From contig NC_068986.1 in NCBI RefSeq assembly GCF_001194135.2, positions 86,311,537 to 86,375,536 on the forward strand: DNA of 64,000 bases, read 5' to 3'. This document shows, in pieces, positions 13,953 through 27,571 of the stretch. The translations under genes were made by a program, and so were the position numbers. The notes beneath the pieces were generated by a model. It saw only the letters and a list, made by a program, of their open reading frames with translations. It searched no databases and was not told where the DNA came from. The DNA is from Octopus bimaculoides. Lineage: Eukaryota. The first letter of the stretch is position 1. Every line of letters starts with the position of its first letter.

Positions 13953-14165
13953 ATGTGCGTGCGTGTGTGCGCGTGAGTGTGTGTTTACACGCACGCGTGT
14001 GTATGAGTTTGTGATTCTTTATGTGTGTGTTTGTCCCACAATCACCAACGCTTGACCGGTGGTGTTGTGTTTGAGGCCCCATAACTTAGCAGTTCCGAAT
14101 GAAACCGATAGAATAATTACCACGATTAAAAAATAATTAAGTACTGGGGCTGATTCATGCGATTA
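13703..14165 (+). mobile_element. SINE-B spanning a small gap
   Basis: ggtaagaagcttgcttcccaaccacatg...gtagacggaaactgaaagaagcc, microsatellite, then ataacttagcagttcc..gaaaccgatagaataa. Confidence 0.75.
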
Positions 14166-14217
14166 AACAAATTTAAGATATATATATATATATATACATA
14201 CATATATATATATATAN

Positions 14218-15173
14218 NNNNNNNNNNNNNNNNNNNNNNNNNNNNNNNNNNNNNNNNNNNNNNNNNNNNNNNNNNNNNNNNNNNNNNNNNNNNNNNNNNN
14301 NNNNNNNNNNNNNNNNNNNNNNNNNNNNNNNNNNNNNNNNNNNNNNNNNNNNNNNNNNNNNNNNNNNNNNNNNNNNNNNNNNNNNNNNNNNNNNNNNNNN
14401 NNNNNNNNNNNNNNNNNNNNNNNNNNNNNNNNNNNNNNNNNNNNNNNNNNNNNNNNNNNNNNNNNNNNNNNNNNNNNNNNNNNNNNNNNNNNNNNNNNNN
14501 NNNNNNNNNNNNNNNNNNNNNNNNNNNNNNNNNNNNNNNNNNNNNNNNNNNNNNNNNNNNNNNNNNNNNNNNNNNNNNNNNNNNNNNNNNNNNNNNNNNN
14601 NNNNNNNNNNNNNNNNNNNNNNNNNNNNNNNNNNNNNNNNNNNNNNNNNNNNNNNNNNNNNNNNNNNNNNNNNNNNNNNNNNNNNNNNNNNNNNNNNNNN
14701 NNNNNNNNNNNNNNNNNNNNNNNNNNNNNNNNNNNNNNNNNNNNNNNNNNNNNNNNNNNNNNNNNNNNNNNNNNNNNNNNNNNNNNNNNNNNNNNNNNNN
14801 NNNNNNNNNNNNNNNNNNNNNNNNNNNNNNNNNNNNNNNNNNNNNNNNNNNNNNNNNNNNNNNNNNNNNNNNNNNNNNNNNNNNNNNNNNNNNNNNNNNN
14901 NNNNNNNNNNNNNNNNNNNNNNNNNNNNNNNNNNNNNNNNNNNNNNNNNNNNNNNNNNNNNNNNNNNNNNNNNNNNNNNNNNNNNNNNNNNNNNNNNNNN
15001 NNNNNNNNNNNNNNNNNNNNNNNNNNNNNNNNNNNNNNNNNNNNNNNNNNNNNNNNNNNNNNNNNNNNNNNNNNNNNNNNNNNNNNNNNNNNNNNNNNNN
15101 NNNNNNNNNNNNNNNNNNNNNNNNNNNNNNNNNNNNNNNNNNNNNNNNNNNNNNNNNNNNNNNNNNNNNNNNN
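14218..15173. other. Largest assembly gap (one of 19 N runs, almost all bounded by microsatellites)
   Basis: N run flanked by (TA)n. All poly-X ORFs in the track arise from such gaps. Confidence 0.95.
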
Positions 15174-16377
15174 ATATATATATATATATATAGTAAAGAC
15201 AAGAAATTAATATTTCGAACGTAGTATAGCTGTGAAAACAGCAGATAGATTGAATATTTTACCCTCACAAACGGAAAAAGTGTCGTTCGAAATATCATTT
15301 TCTTGTCTGTAATATACGAAATACTCGACGCTTCCAAATAAAAGTTTGCTTGCAAAAATGTTAGCATGTATACATATGCATGCGCACGTAAATACAAACA
15401 TACATGCATGCATGCATTCATATGTGCGTACACACAAACATACATACATACATACTTACATACATACATATATACATACATACATACGTACGAACATACA
15501 TACATACATACATACGTACGTACGTACATATATACATACATTAATACATACGTGCATACATACATACATACATACATGCATACAAGTATGTATAGATATA
15601 AAGCAGTTTCTCTGTCATTGTATTGTATCTAGTTATACAGTGACGGTTCGACTCCGAAGTCTGTTTGATTTATATATCTCTAATTAATTCCTGTGACTAC
15701 TGATAATATTGAGGAATAATTAAAATAAATTAATCGAAATGAAACTATGAACATTTCGAGATATGTGTTATGTAGGACGAGAGAAACAAGAATATATAGC
15801 CGTTTATATGATATGGGTGTACATGTGTATAAGAAAGAACTGGAGGAAAGAATAATTTAGCCCGTAACTGGGTAATTAACTATTTAGTAAAAAAATAATG
15901 ATGATTATATTGCTAAAGGAACGAAAAGCGAAAGTTCATTTCACTTGTATTAGGTGAACGAGACTGGGTAAATCTCAGATATTATAGAGATAATTCAAAA
16001 TGTATTACAAGCGATGCAAATAATATAAAGAATAAACAGCATTCAGAGAAAGAAAAGAATTAATAAATATATGCACGAAATATATAGACAGTCGTATAAA
16101 ATAAGCGAACAATAATCATGTCTGCGTGTGCGTGTGTATGTATGCATGTATGTGCGTACGTTTACACACACAGATATANNNNNNNNNNNNNNNNNNNNNN
16201 NNNNNNNNNNNNNNNNNNNNNNNNNNNNNNNNNNNNNNNNNNNNNNNNNNNNNNNNNNNNNNNNNNNNNNNNNNNNNNNNNNNNNNNNNNNNNNNNNNNN
16301 NNNNNNNNNNNNNNNNNNNNNNNNNNNNNNNNNNNNNNNNNNNNNNNNNNNNNNNNNNNNNATATATATATATAGGT

Positions 16378-16418
<41 letters not shown>

Positions 16419-17929
16419 CAGATATATAGGTACATGCATACATACATCAATACATACATCAATACATACATACATATGTACATATATACATACGTATATA
16501 CATACATACATACATACATACATACATAAATAGATACATACATACATGTGTGCACGTATTGGAAGGAGAAACAGACAATATTGACAATGAATCGGAATTT
16601 CACAGTATATTATTTCAATTAAGTTTCGCATTAATTGTAAAAACCGCTTATCACTTGACATCAGAAGCGCCATGTCTTCTTTTCTTTTTCCCTAATTATG
16701 AACAAAATGTCTTCCACTTCCTATATCGTACAATTCCACGGAAATTTAGAAGTATTTAGCTTTATATAATAACATTTATCAACAACGTTCGTTTTATCTT
16801 TGGTATTTCCTTTATGACTAGTTTTTTTTTATTAAGATCTGTTTTATTGCTAAGCTAAACACTTTGATCAGTGATAAACTGTGACAATGACGATGACGAC
16901 GACGACGACGACGACGATGACGATGACGATGATGATGATGATGAGGAGGAGGAGGAGGAGGAGGAGGATAATAACGATGATGATGATGATGATAATAAGG
17001 GTGATTCAGCCAATAATATTTACGTATGCTTTTGAGCAATATTTGAATCTGTTATCTAGATTAGTGTAATCTGTGTGTAAGAATGTGTGCGTGTGCGTTT
17101 GTGGGTATGTGAGTGTGTGTATTGGGTGGGGATGTCATGTATGTGCTTATCAAAGTGAGTGTAAATGTACAAGTTGAAAGTGATAAATAAGAATGGTACG
17201 TAGGCTTAGAAATGCGAGTGCGTGTATGTATGTGAGTGTGTGTTTGTGTGTGTGTGCGTATATATAGGTACATATACATATACACATACGTATGCATANN
17301 NNNNNNNNNNNNNNNNNNNNNNNNNNNNNNNNNNNNNNNNNNNNNNNNNNNNNNNNNNNNNNNNNNNNNNNNNNNNNNNNNNNNNNNNNNNNNNNNNNNN
17401 NNNNNNNNNNNNNNNNNNNNNNNNNNNNNNNNNNNNNNNNNNNNNNNNNNNNNNNNNNNNNNNNNNNNNNNNNNNTATATACATTACATGCGTGTATGTG
17501 TGTATAGTTTTATGTGTTTGTGAGTGTGTATTTCACTAAATACACGAATATGTTCAAATTGGATTTCATCCTTTTTATTTTACATTTTCCTTACTTTTGT
17601 TTTACTGCTTGTTTGGGACAATAAAATACCTAAGTACCTACTCGATGGCTCCGGACCTTCACGTACCCATTTTATTTTGTTTGGCGTTTGTTTTGCTTTT
17701 TTTACTTGTGTAGACTTCCCAGCCGTACTTTTCTTCTATAATCTTTTCGTCAGTTATAAAACTGAATTATACAAAATTCAAGAATCAAACCATTACATTG
17801 TAGAGACTAGTATAACAGTCTCACGTAAGACAAGCCTGCATTTGTAACACACACCATAAAACAAAGTTAAAATAACACTAGTGGCGAATGCTAACATACT
17901 CCACACAAAAGTAGAATATTAATTACGGA

Positions 17930-18110
17930 AAAGTGGCAGAGTCGAGCACTCCGAGAACAATGTCAAGCGGTGGTTTGTCCGTCTTTACGTTCTGACTGCA
18001 AACTTCCCCGAGGTCGACTTTGCTTTTCATCCTTCCTGGGTCAATGGAATAAGTATCAGTAGAGCACTGGCATCGATGCAATCGACTTACATCCTCCTCA
18101 AATACTTCAG
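17930..18110 (+). mobile_element. SINE-A, diverged
   Basis: gtccgtctttacgttctga...cgaggtcgactttgcttttcatcc...gagcactggcatcgatgcaatcgactta. Confidence 0.6.
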
Positions 18111-19437
18111 GATTGATTATGGAAAGCGTACTCTTATAAAAAAGTAACATTTACATGAGTACAAACTACCGAAAATCAACACGACGCTACTGATATGATA
18201 AAAAGAATTAAGAAATAGGGGTTAAATTTTAACAAATCTGAGGTTGATGCAAAAGGGTGACGGTAAAAAAGTATTTGGTGGCACGACCTGCAGGATTTCA
18301 CGCCAGCCATATCAAATTTTTGAAAATTAGACTGGGAAGTTCTAGAAACGTCAAATACAGAATATACGGTTTTAAACAAACTGTAAAAAATTTACAGAAA
18401 AAAAGAACTCAAGTAAAAAGATAAAACCTTCGCTGATTCACATTACACAGAGTAATATATAGTTAAATCAGTCGCTAGAATTATTAGTTTTTCTACAAAA
18501 TAACATGGAAGACGATTCCGAAATCAAAATCTATAAAGAAAATCGATAGAGAAGGATTGTAAAAACTGAGTCTTATACTTGGCCCTGGCAGTGACAAAAG
18601 TGGTCAAAGTCCTGTCTTAATTAACCTTTACAGATTTCTTTACCTTTACGCGTAACAGCCAATCCCGTTCTCCAGATAGCTTTTGAATAAATATTTTCAT
18701 CGACAAACCGTACTTATATTCAGCTCAAAATTTCCAAGGTATTTAGCAATAATATATGCACGTCACTGACTGTATTAAAATTTAGGGTGGGAAGGATGAA
18801 TTTCACAAGGTTATTGTATTAGCAAGATATATCTGATTAATCTGTGATTAGTGTAAGATTTGTGGAATGAGACAAACAAGGGGTAAAGTAAGAAGGAAAC
18901 ACGAATTTATTTGGTGGACATAATGGAATGATTCATTCAATCATTCATAGGAACAGGTATCGTTATAACCGCGGTTGGAGTTAAGGAAGAAACAAACTAT
19001 ACTTTGTTAGCTGTACTGAGACGTAAATTTTTACTAATTGTCTCTATGATGATTGGTAAATAAATAACCTAGTTCACAGCAATCAATAAGCGTGACCCAC
19101 GAGATGTGGCTTTATGGCACTATCTCAGACATAAATAGCACCGCATTAAGGTAGTCATATGAAAGTTTGTTTCTAGACGAGCGCTAAATGCAACACATTC
19201 CGGTAGGTCTTAATGCGAGACATCCAATCAACACGAGCCACATATGTATTTATTAACAATGAGTTAGAGGAGTGAAAGATACGATTCATTTAAATACATC
19301 CTTGTTGCTCCTACCACATATATGAATATATATATGTATATATATGCATATATGTGTGTAAGTGTGCTAGTATGTGAGTACGTGCGTATGTGTGTGTATG
19401 TCTGTATATAAACAAGTGTGATTCTATATATATATAT

Positions 19438-19498
<61 letters not shown>

Positions 19499-19535
19499 CA
19501 GAGACAGAGAGAGACAGAGAAAGCGAAAGAGAGGT

Positions 19536-19886
19536 AGGCGTGGGTGCGTGATAAGAAGCATGCTTCTCTACCACACGTGCAGGCCCACTGCATAGCAACT
19601 TGGGACGCTGTCGTTTATGTGGATTTGGTAGACGGAAACTAGAAAAAGTCACGTGTATGTGTGTGTGTGTGTGTGTGCTTGTCCAACAGTCACCCCTTGA
19701 CAACCGGTGTCGGTGTGTTTACCTCCGTAACTTAGGTGTTCGGCAAACGATACAGAGAGAATAAGCAGTGGGCTTTAAACAAACATACTAGGGTCAATTT
19801 GTTCGGCTAAAATCATCATAAGGCGGTACTCCAGCATGGCGACAATGGAATGATTGAAACAAATAAGAGAATAAAAGAATGCAAGA

Positions 19887-19890
<4 letters not shown>
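19536..19890 (+). mobile_element. SINE-B, diverged full length
   Basis: ggatttggtagacggaaact, (TG)n, ttgacaaccggtgtcggtgtgtttac, tail aaggcggtactccagcatggc...gaataaaagaat. Confidence 0.75.
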
Positions 19891-19919
<29 letters not shown>

Positions 19920-19920
19920 C

Positions 19921-19982
<62 letters not shown>

Positions 19983-20913
19983 NNNNNNNNNNNNNNNNNN
20001 NNNNNNNNNNNNNNNNNNNNNNNNNNNNNNNNNNNNNNNNNNNNNNNNNNNNNNNNNNNNNNNNNNNNNNNNNNNNNNNNNNNNNNNNNNNNNNNNNNNN
20101 NNNNNNNNNNNNNNNNNNNNNNNNNNNNNNNNNNNNNNNNNNNNNNNNNNNNNNNNNNNNNNNNNNNNNNNNNNNNNNNNNNNNNNNNNNNNNNNNNNNN
20201 NNNNNNNNNNNNNNNNNNNNNNNNNNNNNNNNNNNNNNNNNNNNNNNNNNNNNNNNNNNNNNNNNNNNNNNNNNNNNNNNNNNNNNNNNNNNNNNNNNNN
20301 NNNNNNNNNNNNNNNNNNNNNNNNNNNNNNNNNNNNNATACATATATATATATATCATATAGCTATCTAACCATAAGCCCGCGCATAAACACACAGCAAA
20401 GGGGAAGCACATAAATTACTGGTGGAAAAAAAATAACATCAGTCCAGCGTTATCCTTTCCTAGTTACTGTTCTTAAACGCCCTTTCCCTCAGCCCACACC
20501 CATCGCACTCACACATAAACACAAACTCGCAAACACACACACACACACACATACTTAATATACTAATATGTAAACACACTTTTATGTTTACATATACATA
20601 TGGCATTTTGAGCAAAGCACGGAATGAAATTAAAAGGTTTTGACTTAGGTCAAAGTTGAGATTATATTCAAATAACCGAATTGCCTATCTGATAAATAAT
20701 CTGGAAAAAGTTCAAACAATTCTGGGATATCATGACATATAATAAACCCTTTTTTTTTTTTTTTTCCTTTTCGTGGCCAGCAAAAGGTCAAATAATCGTA
20801 AAAAAAATAGGGAAAGATAATAGTGGATGAGAGTGAGTGACTGACAATCAGCCCGTCAGACACAGAGATAAATAAATCTTGGGAGAGATAAATAAATGGA
20901 CACAGACACACAG

Positions 20914-20948
<35 letters not shown>

Positions 20949-21732
20949 CAAACACGCAAGCACATACACACAAGTACGCACACATACATACACATACAGG
21001 CACACTCACATGTATATACATATACATACACACACACACACACATATATATATACAAACACGCAAGCACATACACACAAGTACGCACACATACATACACA
21101 TACNNNNNNNNNNNNNNNNNNNNNNNNNNNNNNNNNNNNNNNNNNNNNNNNNNNNNNNNNNNNNNNNNNNNNNNNNNNNNNNNNNNNNNNNNNNNNNNNN
21201 NNNNNNNNNNNNNNNNNNNNNNNNNNNNNNNNNNNNNNNNNNNNNNNNNNNNNNNNNNNNNNNNNNNNNNNNNNNNNNNNNNNNNNNNNNNNNNNNNNNN
21301 NNNNNNNNNNNNNNNNNNNNNNNNNNNNNNNNNNNNNNNNNNNNNNNNNNNNNNNNNNNNNNNNNNNNNNNNNNNNNNNNNNNNNNNNNNNNNNNNNNNN
21401 NNNNNNNNNNNNNNNNNNNNNNNNNNNNNNNNNNNNNNNNNNNNNNNNNNNNNNNNNNNNNNNNNNNNNNNNNNNNNNNNNNNNNNNNNNNNNNNNNNNN
21501 NNNNNNNNNNNNNNNNNNNNNNNNNNNNNNNNNNNNNNNNNNNNNNNNNNNNNNNNNNNNNNNNNNNNNNNNNNNNNNNNNNNNNNNNNNNNNNNNNNNN
21601 NNNNNNNNNNNNNNNNNNNNNNNNNNNNNNNNNNNNNNNNNNNNNNNNNNNNNNNNNNNNNNNNNNNNNNNNNNNNNNNNNNNNNNNNNNNNNATATATA
21701 TATATATATATATATATACATTTGCTTTCCAT

Positions 21733-22610
21733 TTTATTAGTTTCAGCTGAAAGCTGTGGCCATGCTGGAGTACCGCCTTTTTTTACACTGTTATTATTGA
21801 GAGCCTTATATGTGGAATTTGGTGAGTAAGGGCGCTTAACATTGCTACTCTCTTATGCGCTTCCTTCTGCGAGGTAGATTCATCTGGGACTCTCGACAGG
21901 AAGAGATCCAGTTTTGATTTGAAAACATCTGCATCCACTCTGTGTAGGTCCCTCAGGCTCTTTTCGATAGTATTAAAAAGCTGTCGGCCACTCACACCCG
22001 GTCTGTTGCAGTAACTGGTCATGAAGCGCAACGGCATTTCTGGGATCTTTGGCACTGGAATTTGTGTAGCTTTCAATGCCAAAATTTGGCACAATCCCTT
22101 CCAGGATCTTCCAGATGTATATTACTGCATATCTCTCCCGCTTTCGCTCCAGGGAGTAGAGTTTCATCCTTTCCCAGTAACTGAGCTGTTGCAATGAAAC
22201 GATCTTCTTTGTGACGATTCGCTGAATTGCTTCAAGGTCCGCTGTTAATTTTACATTGTGGGGTGACCATAGCTGGGAGCAGTAGTCCAAGCGGCTGAGG
22301 GCCAATGTCCTCCAGTGGACCATCATGGTTTCCTTTTCTCTGGTTCTGAAGGTTCTCAGGACCCTGCCAGTCATCTGTCTGCACTTTGTCACCATCTTGG
22401 TAATGTGCACATGGAAAGTGGTGCCACCACTCATGTAGATCCTCAGGTCCCACATAGATTTAGATTCTGGGATTGTAATCTCCCGTGAGCCAGTGTATCC
22501 TGTAAGTTTTACGTTCAATTTTGGGTGCTGGTGCCGCAGGACATCGAACTTTCCAACATTAAAATGCATATTATTATACTCAGTCCATCTGTAAACTCAG
22601 CCCAACTGCA
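21733..22610 (-). mobile_element. CR1/L2-group non-LTR retrotransposon, 5'-truncated (RT C-terminus, stop codon, short 3' UTR)
   Basis: NNMHFNVGKF...VLRTFRTREKETM..WRTLALSRLDYCSQLWSP...LEAIQR...YWERMKLYSLERKRERYAVIYIWKILEGIVPN, then frameshift to FKSKLDLFLSRVPDE...; stop at 21783-21785. Confidence 0.9.
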
Positions 22611-22967
22611 GCTGCAAGAGGGCAACATCGGTAGGGTTTTGTATTTCTGCGAAACTACAAAATCTACATATGCATACACGAACAAATCGATCCTTGCAAA
22701 ATGTTTTTACGTTAAGTCTGGTACTGATACTATCGGACTCTTTTTATCGAACTGCTGGGTTATGGGGAATGCAAACAAACACCGGTTACCAAATATTGGT
22801 TTCCGACACGTCTTAGTGGTTCCTCGCCTTTATCACTAAGATGTCTAGGAAAACAACTGATGAGAAAATCGGCTGTGGATTTTGCTTGTATCGTGTTTTC
22901 GTCTCCTTTTTCGTCCGGCATGTTTTCGACCAGTTTTCGTCTATTTTCCCCTTTTCTGTCTAAACTT

Positions 22968-23045
<78 letters not shown>

Positions 23046-24063
23046 TTCCTGGGAGACATCTTTTGTATCTGCTCTCGATTTGAGACTGATATGATTTTAG
23101 CGCTTTCTGCCAGTGATGCACATTCAAGCAAAACCCTGTAGCCTTAATCTCGTAAAGATTATGTGGTCCATTTAGGTCATGCATAGCTACGGTTCTTTTC
23201 CTTTTTAGTGTTTATTCTGATGCAGCCTTCCATGCAGCTCCTGGGAAAAACTAAATGTTCAGTTATTTTCGTTCATTTTTGTTGTAATGTTTCTCTTTCT
23301 CCCCTTCTATTCTCACATCTTTTTCTTTCTGCTTGTCGCCACACATACATCCACACGCAAAACACACACGTAAAGATGCATTCGTGAATACATACACACC
23401 ACCTGCCTTTTATTCAATCAAACCTTTGAAAACTATACACCTGTGTGGCTACAGCTATAAGCAGTTGGTCAGGTCAGGTCAGCCCTCACCAAATAAATAG
23501 AACTGATAATGCAAAAACACTATACAAGCAACATTCGCAGTTCAGCTATGACCATCCCGACCTTATGCATACCAAAAAATACATCATCAAATTTGCCCTT
23601 ATTGAATATAGGATACCTCGTAGATTGATTCATATTATAGGACAATATGGCAACTGATAGTCTACAAAATTATTTTCGTTATAAAACAACGAAATTGAAT
23701 TTTAAAAGAGAAAACACGAAAGGTATATAAAGAAAGAGAAATATGGTAGTTGATAAATAATTATGAGACATAAATAAAAATTTTAAAAAACTAACATTTC
23801 TAAATAACCGATACAAGAAAGACAGGGAAACCAACCGGCCCTTTATCACCCAGCTCTCTGGTTTAGCTATAATTTTATTTTATGCCCGTTCAGTCATTCA
23901 CCAGCTTTTGTAAACGATACCTTTTATTTTGATATTCAGCAATAACAAAATACCGCTACCCGCCTTTTAATCACTTTCTCCTGTCTTTTATTTATTAGCT
24001 GGTCATTCGGATGTGTGCGTCTATGAGTGTATAGACATAAACACGCTCACACACACATACACA

Positions 24064-24110
<47 letters not shown>

Positions 24111-24549
24111 TATCTATCTATATATCTACTTATAGAGATCGTTATATATCTCTCTCACTCACACACAGTCTCTTACACACATACACACATACACACAGAC
24201 ACACATATACACGCACATTCTGAGGAATGACGGGGTCACAGTCCTTAGTATTTGTAAATTTTGGTAAAATGGGATTGGACATTTATTAGATTTTGTATCC
24301 CTATCATATCGTTCGCACCTTTGTCATCGTAGTTTCCTATTTCATACAGGAAACAACGCTTATTGTACGTGTTATTATTGCTTCAATTCTTTCTAATGGA
24401 TGGAGGGCGGTTAAGAAAATGACTCATAATACTGTATTTGATATCTGTAGCTTCCATATCTATCCTCCCTATTTCTTCGTTCTTTTGACATCAAATAAAC
24501 AACTATAAAATATAAATTCAAAGCAAACGAAATGATACTAAAATTATCT

Positions 24550-25139
24550 TCTTCTCTAGGCCCGAAACTTCGACCCCAGTACTCAACTGGTACTTAATTT
24601 ATCGAACCCTAAAGGATGAAAGGCTAAGTAGAATTTGAACTCAGAACGTCAAGACAGACGAAATACCGCTAAGCATTTCGCTCGGAGTGCTGACGTTTCT
24701 TATTTCTTTATTGCCCACAAGGGGCCAAACACAGTGGGGATAAACAAGGACAGACAAAGGGACTAAGTCGATTACATCACGCCCAGTGCGTAACTGGTAC
24801 TTAATTTATCGACCCCGAAAGGATGAAAGGCAAAGTGGACCTCAGCGGAATTTGAACTCAGAACGCGAAGACAGACGAATTACCGCTAAGCATTTCGCCC
24901 GGCGTGCTAACGTTTCTTATTTCTTTATTGCCCACAAGGGGCTAAACATAGAGGGGACAAACACGGAATTAAGTCGATTACATCTATCCCAGTGCGTAAC
25001 TGGTACTTAATTTAACGACCCCGAAAGGATGAAAGGCAAAGTGGACCTCGGCGGAATTTGAACTCAGAACGTGACGGTAGACGAAATACCGCTAAGCATT
25101 TCGCCCGGCATGCTAACGTTTCTGCCAGCTCGCCGCCTT
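24550..25139 (-). mobile_element. SINE-A head-to-tail trimer (tail-1, tail-1, tail-2 remnant)
   Basis: Single full head at 25139; junctions tail|aaacgttagc at about 24913-24917 and tail|aaacgtcagc at about 24696-24700. Confidence 0.9.
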
Positions 25140-26367
25140 GAAATAATGCTAAAATTGTAGCACTGATGATACCGAAGATAATAGGACTGAACATATTCTC
25201 TGATCATGCATATTGAAGACGGAATTCGAACACTCTTTAGCGACTTATTGAAGGTTTTACAAAATATCTAAGACTAGTCTGGCACACGCGGTGAATTATA
25301 TCGATACGTGTTATGTATTCAGCGTGACGTGAAATGAATCTTTGAAAAGAAGAAAAGAAAGAAAAAACAGTGTTGATTGGTTGTCCAATAAATAGTCCTA
25401 ACTTCTAGGCCATCTGCTGCATTCAATTATATTACCGACAAATGTGTAGAATTCGTCCAATTGTAAATATATTTTATGAATGCAAACCAATACAGTCACA
25501 TGTGCAAAGAACAAACATCGTCAAAATAAAGATTTTAAAAATATCAACGAAATACAAGGTAACTCAGATTGAATTCTAATAACATTTTCTAAAAGTTCAT
25601 CTTAATTTTCAGTTTTTCACTCTGCTACCAAAATGTGTGCCAATCTCCAACCACAGACGTCAAATGTTGATTAATGACGAAATTCCGCCATTATGAACAT
25701 TTTTATGTGTCTGTATTTTTTAATTGTTTAGTTCCGAAATTAAAATTTTCTTTAAAAAGAAATAAATATGTTGGTATAAATTATAGAAAACTAAAACTTC
25801 AAAAAATGCTGTGTGAAGTGTCATCTGATTCATCAGTAGAGAATGAGTTTAATCGAGTACGTAACACTTAAATTTTGGTTCAAAATCTGCCTGGAATGAG
25901 ATAACACCATATCTTTTATTGCTTAACACGACATTCCGTCTCTTCATGGATTGTTTCAAGCGATTTTCATCACACATACAGTGCTTCAGTACACTATTGG
26001 CTGCTATAGATAATTCCGGGTAACTTTCGAATATACAGACTTGGAATCTTTTTATCTCTATACCTGTATATCTGCCATAAAATTCAATTTATATATTGTT
26101 ACACTCATAATGAGTGTGTGGGTGTGCGTGTGTGGGTGTGCGGGGGGGGGGGNNNNNNNNNNNNNNNNNNNNNNNNNNNNNNNNNNNNNNNNNNNNNNNN
26201 NNNNNNNNNNNNNNNNNNNNNNNNNNNNNNNNNNNNNNNNNNNNNNNNNNNNNNNNNNNNNNNNNNNNNNNNNNNNNNNNNNNNNNNNNNNNNNNNNNNN
26301 NNNNNNNNNNNNNNNNNNNNNNNNNNNNNNNNNNNNNNNNNNNNNNNNNNNNNNNNNNNNNNNNNNN

Positions 26368-26567
26368 CTATAATAGGACATCTAACCCGCTAGAAAGAGC
26401 AGCAAAAAACTCTATACCACAAAAATAGGGATAATTTCGAAAGAGAATGAAAAATTAAAAATTAAAAATTAAAAGTTTTTATTTTTCATTCTCTTTCGAA
26501 ATTAACCCTATTTTTGTGGTATAGAGTTTTTGCTGCTCTTTCTAGCGGGTTAGATGTCCTATTATAG
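26368..26567. repeat. Long near-perfect palindrome (foldback/MITE-like), about 88-bp arms
   Basis: 26368-26455 is the reverse complement of 26481-26567 with one mismatch and one 1-nt indel. The left arm abuts an N gap. Confidence 0.85.
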
Positions 26568-26588
26568 GCATCTCTGTATTCTAACGAA

Positions 26589-26629
<41 letters not shown>

Positions 26630-26767
26630 CACAAAAAAACTATATCCACCAATGCGGTGTTAAGCACTCATTTTGAACGTTCGACATTTACGTATACACA
26701 CACACACACACACATATATTTGTATAAAATATTGCGATACAAATGTATTACTTTCCAGTAAAATAAA

Positions 26768-27212
26768 GCACCGTAAAGGTAGAAGTATAAATATAAAGTA
26801 GTGGTATAACAAGGCACCAATATTATCTGGAAATAACAGTCGATACATTTACGATGCTATAGAAAAGCTTCAGTGCGTATATTACTGGCAAAGACGTGTG
26901 AGTGCAACAGACATGAACAATTTTGTCTTACCTCTAGGAAGTACATTAGATAAATGGACAACCCAGAATCGGATAATGCAGTACCTAGGTTTAGGACTCA
27001 TCAAATACGATTGTCAACGTAAAATTGATTAGTCTTCATCAGTTGGATTTACCTGGACAATATTTCAAATGTTGCTACACAAATGTCAATATACTCGCCT
27101 GAACGCTTAGCCATTAACAGACCGAGAACAATAAAATTTGGCACCATAAAGGTAGAAGTATAAATATAGAGTAGTGGGACAACAAGGCACCGATATTAAC
27201 TGGAAATAGCAG
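26768..27212 (+). repeat. Local direct repeat, about 72 bp (26768-26839 and 27141-27212)
   Basis: gcacc(g/a)taaaggtagaagtataaatata(a/g)agtagtgg..aacaaggcacc.atatta.ctggaaata.cag occurs twice; the second copy ends at a gap. Confidence 0.8.
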
Positions 27213-27521
27213 NNNNNNNNNNNNNNNNNNNNNNNNNNNNNNNNNNNNNNNNNNNNNNNNNNNNNNNNNNNNNNNNNNNNNNNNNNNNNNNNNNNNNNNN
27301 NNNNNNNNNNNNNNNNNNNNNNNNNNNNNNNNNNNNNNNNNNNNNNNNNNNNNNNNNNNNNNNNNNNNNNNNNNNNNNNNNNNNNNNNNNNNNNNNNNNN
27401 NNNNNNNNNNNNNNNNNNNNNNNNNNNNNNNNNNNNNNNNNNNNNNNNNNNNNNNNNNNNNNNNNNNNNNNNNNNNNNNNNNNNNNNNNNNNNNNNNNNN
27501 NNNNNNNNNNNNNNNNNNNNN

Positions 27522-27571
<50 letters not shown>

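Noticed and set aside
15642-15655. Perfect B-box ggttcgactcc
   Set aside because: No A box at a suitable distance and no cloverleaf. No true tRNA gene was found anywhere; all other A/B boxes belong to SINE heads.
20925-21103. About 105-bp tandem duplication of a compound CA/TA tract
   Set aside because: Microsatellite slippage or a gap-edge artefact with no informative sequence.
22850-22885. Second hammerhead candidate (ctgatgagaaaatcggctgtgg)
   Set aside because: The CUGAUGA core is present but the required GAAA and stem III are missing; at best a decayed relic.
24550-25139. CRISPR-like or satellite array
   Set aside because: Units are about 220-bp SINE bodies with no unique spacers, no cas genes, and a eukaryotic context.
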